Source: an uncultured Parcubacteria group bacterium (lineage in GTDB: Bacteria > Patescibacteriota > Patescibacteriia > UBA9934 > CAMTUG01). Taken from it: DNA of 64,000 bases. Positions 1 through 10,071 of this stretch are shown here, piece by piece. The stretch's first letter is position 1, and each line of letters begins with the position of its first letter. The stretch lies in the NCBI GenBank assembly GCA_947084965.1, contig CAMTUG010000003.1, forward strand, positions 64,360-128,359, written 5' to 3'. The notes beneath the pieces were generated by a model. That model was not told where the DNA came from and ran no database searches. It was given only the letters and a program-made list of their open reading frames with translations. The position numbers and the translations under genes were made by a program.

Positions 1-3000
1 GTTGTTATGAATGTGCCGTCTTCTTCAACCGACCAGTTGTTGCTGATCCCCGCGAGACGACCGACGTTCAATACGTCGTTACCGTTCAGGTAAATGTTTC
101 CACTCATGTTGAGCGTTGAGAGTTGGCCGGAGCTCGTGACGCGGGATGCGGTATTACTTGTGCCCGGCATTTGAGTTGTCCTGCTGCCGTCCCAATATCC
201 ACCTCGAACAAAGACCAAGATCGAATCGGTCGCGCTGCCCGATGCCTCCAAGGCGTACCCGATGATCTGGCCTGCGTTTGTCGCGCGCATGGCGTACCCT
301 GAGCGGGACGACGACGTGAGCGGATCTCCAACGGCGATCGCCCCGTTTTCATTGGTGACTTTCGTTGGAACGCGCCCGGCAAGGGCCACCGGGAAGGAGC
401 CGTCCGTATCTTCACCGGCGATGAATCCAGGATCTGTCGAGACGATACCGATCAGGTTGGCTTCATACGGCGCCGTTGACCGCTGGACGTTGGCACCATT
501 GAGCGCAAGCGACACAACGTCTCCTGGCTCAAGCTGCTGCGTTGATGGGAACATTTCAGCAAAGTCATACGAACCGACCTGCCAACCGGATGCGTTGGTC
601 TTCATGCGACCGTCCACCCCGGCGGTTGAATCGAAGAAGATATAGCGTTCTGTTTGCATCGTGCCGCGATCAGATGGATAGAGCCGGCCGCTGATCGCCA
701 GGTCACCGCCACTGCTGACATAGGCAACTTCGGTGCCATCGTTATTGGTAATTGAGAGACGTGCGTCGGTCGATCCGTCTTCCACCACGGTCTGTAAGTT
801 CATGCCAACGCCCATTGCGGAACCGGCATCCCAACCAGAACCGGCCAGCGTAAGGATATTACTGTCCGCGCTCGTTGTGGCAGTGGCCGTGCCGAGCGAA
901 GCGAGTCCCATAGCGTCGTTAATGATCGTGGCTACGCCGTCTGTCGTAATAATATTGCCTGCGAACCAACCCGGTTTGATGAGAACGGTGATTGATCCGA
1001 AGCCGGTCGTATGATTTTCGAGAGCGTACCCGATGATCACGCCCGGTTCTGTCGCCTTCATGGCGTAGCCGGTCGTAGAGGCAGAAGTGAGTGGATCCCC
1101 GATCGTGATCGCCCCGTTTTCTGCAGAGACAAAGGTCGGCACCTGACCGAGAAGGGCGATCGGATAGTAGTCTGGATCGTTACGGTAGTTCCCGACGAAC
1201 GCCGGAGCGGTCGAAACGACACCGATGACGTTGCTGTCATAGCTCGACGTAGATGCGATCACTCGCGCTGGATCAGCAGAATCAACCCGGACAACTTGTC
1301 CTGGAGCGAGTGACTCTGTGGAATAGAACATTTCCGCAAAGTCAGCCGGGGTGTTGTAGGTGGCGCCATCTCCAAAGACGTCCCCGTCAAGTTGGACGCG
1401 GAAGATGGTGTTCGGGGCGCCGTCGGCATCGGCACGAATGATGAAGACGTCCTCGTCATTTCCTTCGTCGGCTGCGGCCTCGTTCACATCAATCACCAGG
1501 GCCTGTTGGCCGATCGTGTCTCCGGCCTGGGCGTCAACACCGCTTTGAATAATGTAAACACCGACAGAGTCGCCGTTATTTGTTCCTGTACCACCCCCCA
1601 TGTTGCTGATCTTTAGTGCGTCGCCAGTTGTGGCCGTATTGTTGTTGGCCTGATCGATATACACCAGAGCGTCCGTTGCACCAGCGGTGAAGTCGGTACC
1701 GCTATCCGCACGATTGATTTTGATTCCACTGCCGGTGGTGAGGGCATCAACGGAGAGATCGATCCCGTCTCCGCTGGTGACAGTATTGTAGTCAAGGAGC
1801 ATCGCATCGATGACCGTTGAGTCGGTGATAAAGTTAAAGGAGCTCCCTGTCGAGCCGCCGGCGGTAATCCCCCCATCAAGCGTAAGGAACCCTCGGTTAT
1901 TGAGGTCAAAGATTTGATCGGGTGCACCAGTAACATTACTTCGAACGCGAATGACAGATTCAACGGACGTCGCTTGGTTGACATCGATAACAAGCGCTTG
2001 CTGCCCAACGTTATTCGCTCCCGGAGAGTCAACGTTATCTTGGATGATATAAACACCGGTTGCGGTTCCGCCACCGAGTTGACGAACCACCAACGCTTCG
2101 CCTGTGGTGCCGGCATTGTTGTTGGCTTGGTCAATGTAGACAAGGGCGTCTGAAGCGGTGTTGGCAGTGTAGTTTGTTCCGCTATCAGCCCGCTGGACGA
2201 AGATGCCTGAACCGGTTGTAAGAGCATCAACGCTCATGTTTAATCCGTCGTTGGTTGTTAAGGAGTCATACGTCATGGTCATGATATCAACACCAGCTGC
2301 TGCCGAAGTAAATTGGAAGCTGTCGTTGTTTGTGCCGTCTCCAAACACGACCCCCCCAATAGCCGTAAGGGTACCGATATCACTCAACGACATTTCAGCA
2401 GAACCACCTATGATGTTGAAATCAAGCTGTGAATTAGGCGCGGCCCCACCGGCGGTCAGGTTGTGGACAATCGTCGCGTCTCGGCTGGTCACAGTCACCG
2501 GCCCAACGGCCGCGTTCGAATCGAAGGATCCACGGAATGTCATGATCGGAGAGTCCAAAAATACGTTATCTGCAGCGTTGGACGACAAGAGCATTAAGGC
2601 GTCGTCGCTTCCCCCAGCAATCGTACCTGCGCCCGCATTAGGGTTAATTGTGTAGGTAGCTCCGGTATAGATAATGCTGCCGTCCGTATACGAGCTCGAT
2701 GTACCACCGCTTGATGTAATGATGACCGATCCGTTGGCCTCCACTCGGAAAACGTTTGTATTGGCACCGCCAAAATCTGTTTGAATGAGGAAGATATCGG
2801 CAGTACCGGTGTTTTCCGTCGTATCAATAAAGAAGGCCCGGCCGCTGTCATCGGTGAAGTTTCCAGCAGTAATCTGTAACGACTGTCCGGTTGTCATGAC
2901 CGACGTGTCGATCGTTACCCCGTTTGTTCCGGTGGCTTCTGAATCAATATTGATCGCGGTGTTATTGCCATTTTGATCGATAAATACTCCACTGCCGTTA

Positions 3001-6000
3001 CCTGCATTCGTGATTGTAAGCGGGGTTCCATTAGAAGCACCGAAGTTTTGGCTAATACTGACGACCGATGCGTTGTCATTAACTGCGCCACCGCCCGCCG
3101 TAGCCATTTGCGAGCTTACGTTCAAAACCGCACCGGTTGTAGTGAGGGTTGTTCCTCCGCCATTTGAGGTGAGGGAGCGGGTTAAATTGAGGAGGTTTCC
3201 CGAATCCGTTGCGTTCGCGTTATACGTGGCGGTGTGGTTGAGGTCGAGAAGGATACCGCTCGTGATGGCTGAGGTCGAACTAATGCTGCGGGCCGTACCG
3301 GTTGTCAACGAATTGACGGTAAACGCCTGGGCTGTGCCACCCGATCCGGTATAGCTTTGGTTCATGCTGAAACCCGTTTGGTTCCAGGTAAGCAAATTAT
3401 CAAAGTCCACGGTATCTTCGATGTCATCAAAGTCAATACAATCAGAACAGTTGAAACTTGTTGTCGATGTGGCGGCGATCGTTGTTCCAGTGACGGTGAG
3501 GTCATCAGCGACGGTGACCGCACCGGAGTCGTCAGATATATCCCCATTTCCGCTAATATCAAGAGATGAGTTTAAAATCGTGTCCCAGCCGGTCCCCACG
3601 TTGATAGCTGTCGAGTTTGTTACTCCGCCCCCAGCCTCCGTTAGTGGGCCAAAGGCGAGCCCGAAAACGGTATTTGTTCCGGCGGTAGATGTGGCGGTAA
3701 AACCAACAGCATTTAAGATGGTATACGTATCTCCTCCGTCTCCAGTAAAGCCCGGAGTCAAGCTGACAATGCTTCCAGACGCGTTACTGACATCAAAGGT
3801 TAGGGACAGGGCATCCGTATTATTTGTTGTTGATGCCTGCCCAGTGTTGGTGAGGGTGAGCATGTCTGCGGTTGGAGCGCCGGTTGCAATGATCTGTATG
3901 TTTGTGTCCGTGTCTGGATTAAAGATAACGTCTCCGGCTCCGGTGCCGACAAACGAAAGGTTAAAGCCGGCAACGTTAATGGCGGTTGCTGCGTCAAGGA
4001 TGGGGGTGTCGGCAAAATCATCAAAATCAATACAATCGGCACAGTTCAACGAGGTGACCGACGCCGCTGAAATCGTCGTGCCGGTGGTGATGGTGAGGTT
4101 GTCGTCGATCTGCACGGTGCCCCCGGCGTTAATAAGGAGAGTTGCCCCGTCTGAAGTAATATCATCTCCGTTCACGGCCAAGTCGCCGGCAAGGTTTAGG
4201 CCGCCTCCAGCCACAAAGTCCGTTCCAGCATCCCCAATGTTAAGGACGAAGTTATTATTCATGTCCAGGTTACCGGTCAAAGAAAGAGATCCGGCAGAAA
4301 CGGCACCACTGAAATCTCCAGCGACCCCATAAATCGTATCCCAGCGTGTTCCCGCCGCACCGATTTCTGCAGACCCCGCCCCCAGTTGCGGCAAAAAGTC
4401 ATCATCCGTGCCGAGCTGGACGGTGCCAGAAGAGTCGATCGTCATGGTGCCAGTCGAGGTGATCGATCCGTCATAATAGTTAGTGGAGAACGCTCCGGCT
4501 GTGAACCCGATATCAGAAAATGCTTCCCCATCCGCTTCGATACGGAAGACAGGATCATCGGCTCCGGCAAAATCCGATTCGATGATCACCAGGTCGTCGC
4601 CTTCCGTTGCCCCGTCGTAGTCGATGTACAGGCCCGCCCCGGTCGTGTCGCTGTTGATCGAGCCGTCAATATTAATCTCAACCGCATGACCGCTCGTCAT
4701 CGCGTTTGCTGTTATCACGATGCCGTTACTGATCGTCGCGGACGAAACAATGGAAATACTCTCCCCCTCTCCGGTATGGGTGAGCGAAACAGCTCCCGCG
4801 TCAGCTGCCTGATCAATTCGCAGGGCAGTTCCCCCGTTGCTGATCGTCCCCCCGGCAGCCGTTGTAATGGTGTTGCTGATGTGCAGAATCGGTTCAAGGA
4901 TTTCGAGGTCTGTGCCTGCCCCTGAGGCGACCAACGTGCGGCGCAAATTGGCGATCGCCCCCTCCAGCGTCACTGGCACGCCACCGGCATAGGTTGCTGT
5001 GTGATCAACATCTAGGAGAATGGCATCTGTGGTCGCGCTGGACGTTGATGTCAGGTCAAGGAGAATACCGTCGACAAGGCTTGAGCTTGTCAGATTCATC
5101 GCCCGCCCGCTGGTCAGAGAGTTGGCGGTGTAGGTAAATCCAGTGGTGGTGTCGCCCGTGAAAGTTTGAGACCACGTTCCCGTGCCTTGGTTTAACGTCA
5201 GCGATTCGCCCGAAAAGTCGAGCGTGTCTTCCAAATCATCAAAATCAATACAATCGGCACAGTTCAACGAGGTGACCGACGCCGCTGAAATCGTCGTGCC
5301 GGTGGTGATGGTGAGGTTATCATCGATCTGCACGGTGCCCCCGGCGTTAATAAGGAGGATTGCCCCGTCTGAAGTGATATCATCTCCGTTCACGGCCAAG
5401 TCGCCGGCAAGATTTAGGCCGCCTCCAGCCACAAAGTCCGTTCCTGCGTCCCCAATGTTAAGGACGAAGTTATTATTCATGTCCAGGTTACCGGTCAAAG
5501 AAAGAGATCCGGCAGAAACGGCACCACTAAAATCTCCAGCGACCCCATAAATCGTATCCCAACGTGTTCCGGCTGCACCGATTTCTGCAGACCCCGCCCC
5601 CAGTTGCGGCAAAAAGTCATCATCCGTGCCGAGCTGGACGGTGCCCGAAGAGTCGATCGTCATGGTGACGATACTTGTGATGCTTCCACTATCGATCGCG
5701 ATAGGATTGGTAAATGTTGTTGAACCGTCGTCGGCAAATGTTACAAAGGCCGCTCCCCCGTCGGCGATGCTGAACGTACCAGCTCCATCAAGGTCAATGA
5801 TCAAATCGAACAAGGATGGATTGATGGTCGTTGCCGCATCAAGAACAAGGGAGTCAGAAAGCTCTGTGAAATCAAGAGCGTCATCCGTAATGTCGATAGT
5901 TACGGCCGCGGACTCAGAACCCGAGCCGGCAACAGTGATGTCTCCGGACCCAGCATCCGCCACGGTGGCGACGTAGTTTCCCGTTGTATCTGCTCCAAGG

Positions 6001-6731
6001 CCGACAGCATTGGCTTGAATCGTGGTCACGCCAGCCGAGGAAATGTCGATATCGCCACTGAGGTCGACGGGGTTGTAGTTTGTGCCATCGGCGACCAAAA
6101 CGAATCCAGAGGTATTGGTGGCCATGAACAGGTCATCGCCGGTGATGGTGATATCGCCGGTGATGGTCAAGCCACCCAAGGCATCTGTGACTGGAACAAT
6201 TTCATTTCCACCGACCTGTGAGGAATCAAAGCCATCCAGGAAATCGGTGTTTAAGGCGAATCCTTGTGCGGTGATCTGTTTGCGGGGGGTCAGGAGTTCT
6301 CCGTTAATCGTGACTTCCAACCACAATTCGTCGTTGTCGGCGAACAACGAATCAGGGATGGCAGCGTAGCCATCTGCCACGTAGCCGAGGTTTTCGGAAA
6401 AAAGCCCGTCGGTCAGATCAACCGTTTGATCCGCTGCAGAGCCGGCACCGGCATTACAGGTGGTACTGTCGTTCGACCATTCACACTGGTCGAGGGCTTC
6501 GTCAGAATGAATTTCGAAATTCATGTCTGCCGTCGCGTCCCCGATCGGTACGCCCGCATCGGTTAAGATACGTCCTTGATAGCTAATGACGTTTGGTGGT
6601 GAAGCGGCAAACGCTTTTGGTATGACAGAGAGCAGCGGCCCAAACACGACGCCGAACGAAAGCAGCATCACAAAGAAGAGGGTGGTGAGCCGCTTGTGCA
6701 AGGGGTGGATGTTGTGGGTGCCGGTCGTCAT
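1..6731 (-). CDS. Giant secreted surface protein, partial. The N-terminus is the ATG at 6731-6729; the C-terminus lies beyond the window start, so more than 2243 aa are in the window. It has a signal peptide, Thr/Gly/Asp-rich beta-repeat modules, three NC(A/S)DCIDFDD cysteine motifs, and tandem ~260-aa modules carrying DFAEMF and GYAM(K/R)AT...IIGYALE motifs.
   Basis: My manual reverse-strand translation from 6731 is open all the way to position 1 (MTTGTHNIHPLHKRLTTLFFVMLLSFGVVFGPLLSVIPKAFA|ASPPNV...). The ORF track omits it because no stop codon falls inside the window. Its start lies 1 nt from the stop of the upstream 1102-aa gene, so they are probably co-transcribed. Confidence 0.7.
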   Translation of the reverse strand, partial: MTTGTHNIHPLHKRLTTLFFVMLLSFGVVFGPLLSVIPKAFAASPPNVISYQGRILTDAGVPIGDATADMNFEIHSDEALDQCEWSNDSTTCNAGAGSAADQTVDLTDGLFSENLGYVADGYAAIPDSLFADNDELWLEVTINGELLTPRKQITAQGFALNTDFLDGFDSSQVGGNEIVPVTDALGGLTITGDITITGDDLFMATNTSGFVLVADGTNYNPVDLSGDIDISSAGVTTIQANAVGLGADTTGNYVATVADAGSGDITVAGSGSESAAVTIDITDDALDFTELSDSLVLDAATTINPSLFDLIIDLDGAGTFSIADGGAAFVTFADDGSTTFTNPIAIDSGSITSIVTMTIDSSGTVQLGTDDDFLPQLGAGSAEIGAAGTRWDTIYGVAGDFSGAVSAGSLSLTGNLDMNNNFVLNIGDAGTDFVAGGGLNLAGDLAVNGDDITSDGAILLINAGGTVQIDDNLTITTGTTISAASVTSLNCADCIDFDDLEDTLDFSGESLTLNQGTGTWSQTFTGDTTTGFTYTANSLTSGRAMNLTSSSLVDGILLDLTSTSSATTDAILLDVDHTATYAGGVPVTLEGAIANLRRTLVASGAGTDLEILEPILHISNTITTAAGGTISNGGTALRIDQAADAGAVSLTHTGEGESISIVSSATISNGIVITANAMTSGHAVEINIDGSINSDTTGAGLYIDYDGATEGDDLVIIESDFAGADDPVFRIEADGEAFSDIGFTAGAFSTNYYDGSITSTGTMTIDSSGTVQLGTDDDFLPQLGAGSAEIGAAGTRWDTIYGVAGDFSGAVSAGSLSLTGNLDMNNNFVLNIGDAGTDFVAGGGLNLAGDLAVNGDDITSDGATLLINAGGTVQIDDNLTITTGTTISAASVTSLNCADCIDFDDFADTPILDAATAINVAGFNLSFVGTGAGDVIFNPDTDTNIQIIATGAPTADMLTLTNTGQASTTNNTDALSLTFDVSNASGSIVSLTPGFTGDGGDTYTILNAVGFTATSTAGTNTVFGLAFGPLTEAGGGVTNSTAINVGTGWDTILNSSLDISGNGDISDDSGAVTVADDLTVTGTTIAATSTTSFNCSDCIDFDDIEDTVDFDNLLTWNQTGFSMNQSYTGSGGTAQAFTVNSLTTGTARSISSTSAITSGILLDLNHTATYNANATDSGNLLNLTRSLTSNGGGTTLTTTGAVLNVSSQMATAGGGAVNDNASVVSISQNFGASNGTPLTITNAGNGSGVFIDQNGNNTAINIDSEATGTNGVTIDTSVMTTGQSLQITAGNFTDDSGRAFFIDTTENTGTADIFLIQTDFGGANTNVFRVEANGSVIITSSGGTSSSYTDGSIIYTGATYTINPNAGAGTIAGGSDDALMLLSSNAADNVFLDSPIMTFRGSFDSNAAVGPVTVTSRDATIVHNLTAGGAAPNSQLDFNIIGGSAEMSLSDIGTLTAIGGVVFGDGTNNDSFQFTSAAAGVDIMTMTYDSLTTNDGLNMSVDALTTGSGIFVQRADSGTNYTANTASDALVYIDQANNNAGTTGEALVVRQLGGGTATGVYIIQDNVDSPGANNVGQQALVIDVNQATSVESVIRVRSNVTGAPDQIFDLNNRGFLTLDGGITAGGSTGSSFNFITDSTVIDAMLLDYNTVTSGDGIDLSVDALTTGSGIKINRADSGTDFTAGATDALVYIDQANNNTATTGDALKISNMGGGTGTNNGDSVGVYIIQSGVDAQAGDTIGQQALVIDVNEAAADEGNDEDVFIIRADADGAPNTIFRVQLDGDVFGDGATYNTPADFAEMFYSTESLAPGQVVRVDSADPARVIASTSSYDSNVIGVVSTAPAFVGNYRNDPDYYPIALLGQVPTFVSAENGAITIGDPLTSASTTGYAMKATEPGVIIGYALENHTTGFGSITVLIKPGWFAGNIITTDGVATIINDAMGLASLGTATATTSADSNILTLAGSGWDAGSAMGVGMNLQTVVEDGSTDARLSITNNDGTEVAYVSSGGDLAISGRLYPSDRGTMQTERYIFFDSTAGVDGRMKTNASGWQVGSYDFAEMFPSTQQLEPGDVVSLALNGANVQRSTAPYEANLIGIVSTDPGFIAGEDTDGSFPVALAGRVPTKVTNENGAIAVGDPLTSSSRSGYAMRATNAGQIIGYALEASGSATDSILVFVRGGYWDGSRTTQMPGTSNTASRVTSSGQLSTLNMSGNIYLNGNDVLNVGRLAGISNNWSVEEDGTFIT

Positions 6732-6732
6732 A

Positions 6733-9700
6733 TTATGATTTTTCTGGTTTGGGGGCGGCATCGAGCTCGACGTCGATCGCGATCTCCCCTGGTTCCTTGC
6801 TTGTCGTCGTGTCGATCGGGCGGATTTCGACTTTCTGATACCCAGGTTTTTCGTACGTTGTGAAGTATTGGCTCGGTCCGACAAGGAAGCTGTAGCGGCC
6901 TTTGGCATCGGTGATCGCCGTTTCAAGGAGCTTGTTATATTTCGGTTCGAAGATGCGCACCACGGCGTTGCTCAGCGGTTGAGCCGTTCCTTTGTCGTAG
7001 ACGATCCCCCAGCCCTTTGGTTTATGCGCCTTGGCGAGGCGCCGTGTTCCAAGGAGCAGGAGTACCTGGATGATTGCACCCGCCGCGGTAATCCAACCCG
7101 GTCGGATGATGAAGATAAAGAAGGCGAGGGTGCAACCGATAGCCGCAATCGTATTTTGCAATAGGCGCAGGATACGTCGGATCACCAGTTTGCGCGCTTC
7201 GTGATATTCGGCCTTCTTCGTTGGATCGAGAGGGATGTTGACGGCGATTGTGGCATCGTTACTTTCTACCCGGATCGATTCTCCGTGGTAGACATCGAGG
7301 TAATTTCCGTCCTCTTTTGCCCCGTTCAAGATTTGCGATGGGAAGACGAATCCTGGCTTCAAAGCGATGATGCGATAGTCCCCTTCCTTCACAAGGAAGA
7401 AGAAGCGCCCTTCCTTATCTGTGACACGCGTCATGACCAGCTTGTTTTCCGGGAGTTTGTACAAGCGGACGATCGCCAGGTCGATCGGGGTTTTGAGGCC
7501 GGCGTGATAGACAACCCCCCAGGCTTTGCGTTTTTTGCGCCAGAGGAAGAGCACTGGCCAAGTCATCACGTACTGCAGGAGCGGGGCGAGCCCGAACAGG
7601 CTCCACAGCAGCCCAACAGAGGCGATACCGATCACGATGGCAGCAGGGACGGCGATGTCTGTCGCGACCTGGATTTCCGGTATGTTGCGAAGATCGTCGA
7701 AGATCGTTTTGATCGCCGAGATCACGGCGTCGGCTACAGCGACGGCGGTTTCCAGGGACGGTTCCCCTTCGGCGATAATCTCTGGGATCGTCATCGGAAC
7801 GCGAGAAATCTCGACGGTCAGGGTGGCGATGTTATTACTGACGACGAACGTGCTCGAGGTCGCGTCTTCGTAGCCAGACTTACTGACCTCTACGCGGTAC
7901 GTTCCGTTCTCTACGTACCAGGCGTAAGTGCCGTCTGAGCTCGTGGCGTCTGGGTTCGACTGTCCACCAAATTGGTAGACATCCATCAGTTCCCACGTGC
8001 CGAACTGACTTTGCATCAAAGAGACGATCGCTCCTGGGACACGCATCACGGCCCCCTCATACACTTCATAGACATAGCCGAGGTCGACGACGTTTAACGT
8101 GTAGTCGAACACCTGGCCCGTACCGTCTGTATAAAGGAAGGTCAGGGTAAGGTTGTATGAACCGGAGTCGTCCGGCGCCTGGATATACGCTCGGTATCCA
8201 TCGCCAGAAGATTCAAGGGACACGATGTAGGTATCTCCGTTTAGAGTCACCGTTACTGAGGCAACGTCTACGCCGCTAATGGCGTCTGCTGGAATGAAGA
8301 TCGAGAAGATCGTACTTGGGATGACATCGACCATGCCTTCGTCCGCTGAGAGTAAAATCGTGTCCTCAGCTGAATAAAACTCGGTGGCACTGCTCGTGGT
8401 CCCCGTACCTGTTGCAGGTGGGGTGATTTCCTCCGACGCTGTCTCTTCGTCGTCGGGAGTTTCTCCTCCTGGAGTTTCGGTAGTTGTCTCTCCATCGGGA
8501 GTCTCTTCGGTTTCCCCGCCCGGGATTTCGTCTTCTGGCACTTCCTCCTCATCGGTTGGTGGCACATCGGTCGCTTGTGGCGTGCAAGCCTTGGTCGTGC
8601 CTGAAGAGTAGTTCCCCCCGTCGTCAAAGACAAAGTGGGTACAGAAGTAGGTCGTGCTGTTCGTCAGACCGCTTACCGTTGTTGATTGCGTTGAGGCGCT
8701 GCCGCTGAAGTGGGTCGTGCCTTCGCTTTCGTCTTGCGGGTAACCGCTTGTCGAACAGGTGATCATCGATCCAGCGAGATCGTCTTCGCTTGGCATCGTC
8801 CAGTCAAAGTCGATCGCGGCGTCAGCGGCGGTACAGCTGAAGCCGGTGGCATTGGCTGGTGGAGTGTCTTCGGTCGTTGTAAAGGACGCGTTTCCGGACT
8901 CGGCTGCATCTCCATCATCGCCATCGCAGACGATGTTGAATTGATACTCCGTGCCCGAGTCGAGGCCTGAGATCGTTACGGTGTGTGACGTACCAGAACT
9001 CGACCCGGTCACTGAGCCATAGCTTTCGGTCAGACCGTATTCGATAGAACAGGTCGCCTCTTCGTTCGTATCAAATGTGACGGTCGCGGACGACGTTGTT
9101 TCGTCCATCACAGCAACATCACTGATCGCGAGCGCGGTGCTCGTATCGGTTGTGCAGGTTTCGTCGCTGCCGAATTCTTCGTCGCCTTCGGCGTCGGTAG
9201 AGCGCACGCGGTAATGGTAGGTCGTCCCGCTTGAAAGACCGGCGAGGACGATTTCGTGGCTGGTATCCAGCGTGGCGTCCGTTTCTGTTCCGGAAGCGTA
9301 GGACGACGTCAGACCGTAGTCGACGCTACTGTCGGCTGCGATGTTCGTATTCCAGGTGATCGAGAGGGTGGTGTCGCTGGCGGAACACGCGACGTTTGAG
9401 ATTGCAGGCGCGCTGGAAGCTCCCTCGCCACCTGGGTCTCCTCCTCCATCCCCACCAACGTCACCAACGGTCGCTGTGACGCCGATCGCGCTATCATCAA
9501 TGATCGGCAGAGCGATCGTTCCAAAGTCGCCGAACGTTCCTCCGATCGTAATGAAGTACGTTCCGGCAGATCCTGGATTGGTCACCTGTTCAGCACCGAC
9601 CCCTGACGCCGCTGCTTGATCGCCGATTTCGATCACGACTTCGCTCCCCGCCGCAATCGCCCCGCCATCCCCCGCACAGATCGTGATGGTCAGGATGTCG

Positions 9701-10041
9701 GCGGCAATGGCGACGGAGGCTTGTTCCGCGGCGGCACAGTTGGCGGCTGTGGTGAGATCAAGGCCGTCGTCGCTCACATCGACGTCGTCTTCATCAATCA
9801 GCGCCGTGTTAAAGGACGAGGCAAAACTAACGGTAATCGTCTCTCCTTCCGCCGCCCCGGATGGGGTTGTGAAGGTAATCGTGTGATTGCTCGCTTCCCC
9901 TGCTGTTTGGTCACTCATCAGGTCGCTTGCATCGGTCACGGTAGCTGCGTTGGCTACAGGAGCAAACCCCAACGACGGGAAGCCGAGGAGCATGCTGAGC
10001 GTGAAGATGCAGAAGCGTTTGATGATGAAGTGATGGGACAC
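6733..10041 (-). CDS. Large cell-surface protein of 1102 aa. Domain order is signal peptide, three fibronectin-III-like repeats, an acidic PT/E-rich linker, then three carboxypeptidase-regulatory-like (CarboxypepD_reg) beta-sandwich domains interleaved with transmembrane segments.
   Basis: ORF track entry. The FN3-like repeats show (SVDYGLTSSYASG...TTYHYRV; SIEYGLTESYG...TEYQFNIV). The CarboxypepD_reg-like stretches read (GTYRVEVSKSGYED; EGDYRIIALKPGF; KGRYSFLVGPSQYFTTYEKPGYQ). Hydrophobic helices fall around aa 795-830 and 950-990. Confidence 0.7.
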   Translation of the reverse strand: MSHHFIIKRFCIFTLSMLLGFPSLGFAPVANAATVTDASDLMSDQTAGEASNHTITFTTPSGAAEGETITVSFASSFNTALIDEDDVDVSDDGLDLTTAANCAAAEQASVAIAADILTITICAGDGGAIAAGSEVVIEIGDQAAASGVGAEQVTNPGSAGTYFITIGGTFGDFGTIALPIIDDSAIGVTATVGDVGGDGGGDPGGEGASSAPAISNVACSASDTTLSITWNTNIAADSSVDYGLTSSYASGTETDATLDTSHEIVLAGLSSGTTYHYRVRSTDAEGDEEFGSDETCTTDTSTALAISDVAVMDETTSSATVTFDTNEEATCSIEYGLTESYGSVTGSSSGTSHTVTISGLDSGTEYQFNIVCDGDDGDAAESGNASFTTTEDTPPANATGFSCTAADAAIDFDWTMPSEDDLAGSMITCSTSGYPQDESEGTTHFSGSASTQSTTVSGLTNSTTYFCTHFVFDDGGNYSSGTTKACTPQATDVPPTDEEEVPEDEIPGGETEETPDGETTTETPGGETPDDEETASEEITPPATGTGTTSSATEFYSAEDTILLSADEGMVDVIPSTIFSIFIPADAISGVDVASVTVTLNGDTYIVSLESSGDGYRAYIQAPDDSGSYNLTLTFLYTDGTGQVFDYTLNVVDLGYVYEVYEGAVMRVPGAIVSLMQSQFGTWELMDVYQFGGQSNPDATSSDGTYAWYVENGTYRVEVSKSGYEDATSSTFVVSNNIATLTVEISRVPMTIPEIIAEGEPSLETAVAVADAVISAIKTIFDDLRNIPEIQVATDIAVPAAIVIGIASVGLLWSLFGLAPLLQYVMTWPVLFLWRKKRKAWGVVYHAGLKTPIDLAIVRLYKLPENKLVMTRVTDKEGRFFFLVKEGDYRIIALKPGFVFPSQILNGAKEDGNYLDVYHGESIRVESNDATIAVNIPLDPTKKAEYHEARKLVIRRILRLLQNTIAAIGCTLAFFIFIIRPGWITAAGAIIQVLLLLGTRRLAKAHKPKGWGIVYDKGTAQPLSNAVVRIFEPKYNKLLETAITDAKGRYSFLVGPSQYFTTYEKPGYQKVEIRPIDTTTSKEPGEIAIDVELDAAPKPEKS

Positions 10042-10071
10042 ACAGAGAAAGGTCTGGTCGTTACGAAGGAC

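Noticed and set aside
262-6566. Many 60-320-aa + strand ORFs listed over positions 262-6566 (for example 3364-4332 and 5182-5550 with repeated peptide strings).
   Set aside because: They sit in different frames and are antisense to one continuous minus-strand reading frame of more than 2243 codons that has a signal peptide. Their repeated peptides just mirror the internal DNA repeat of the giant gene.
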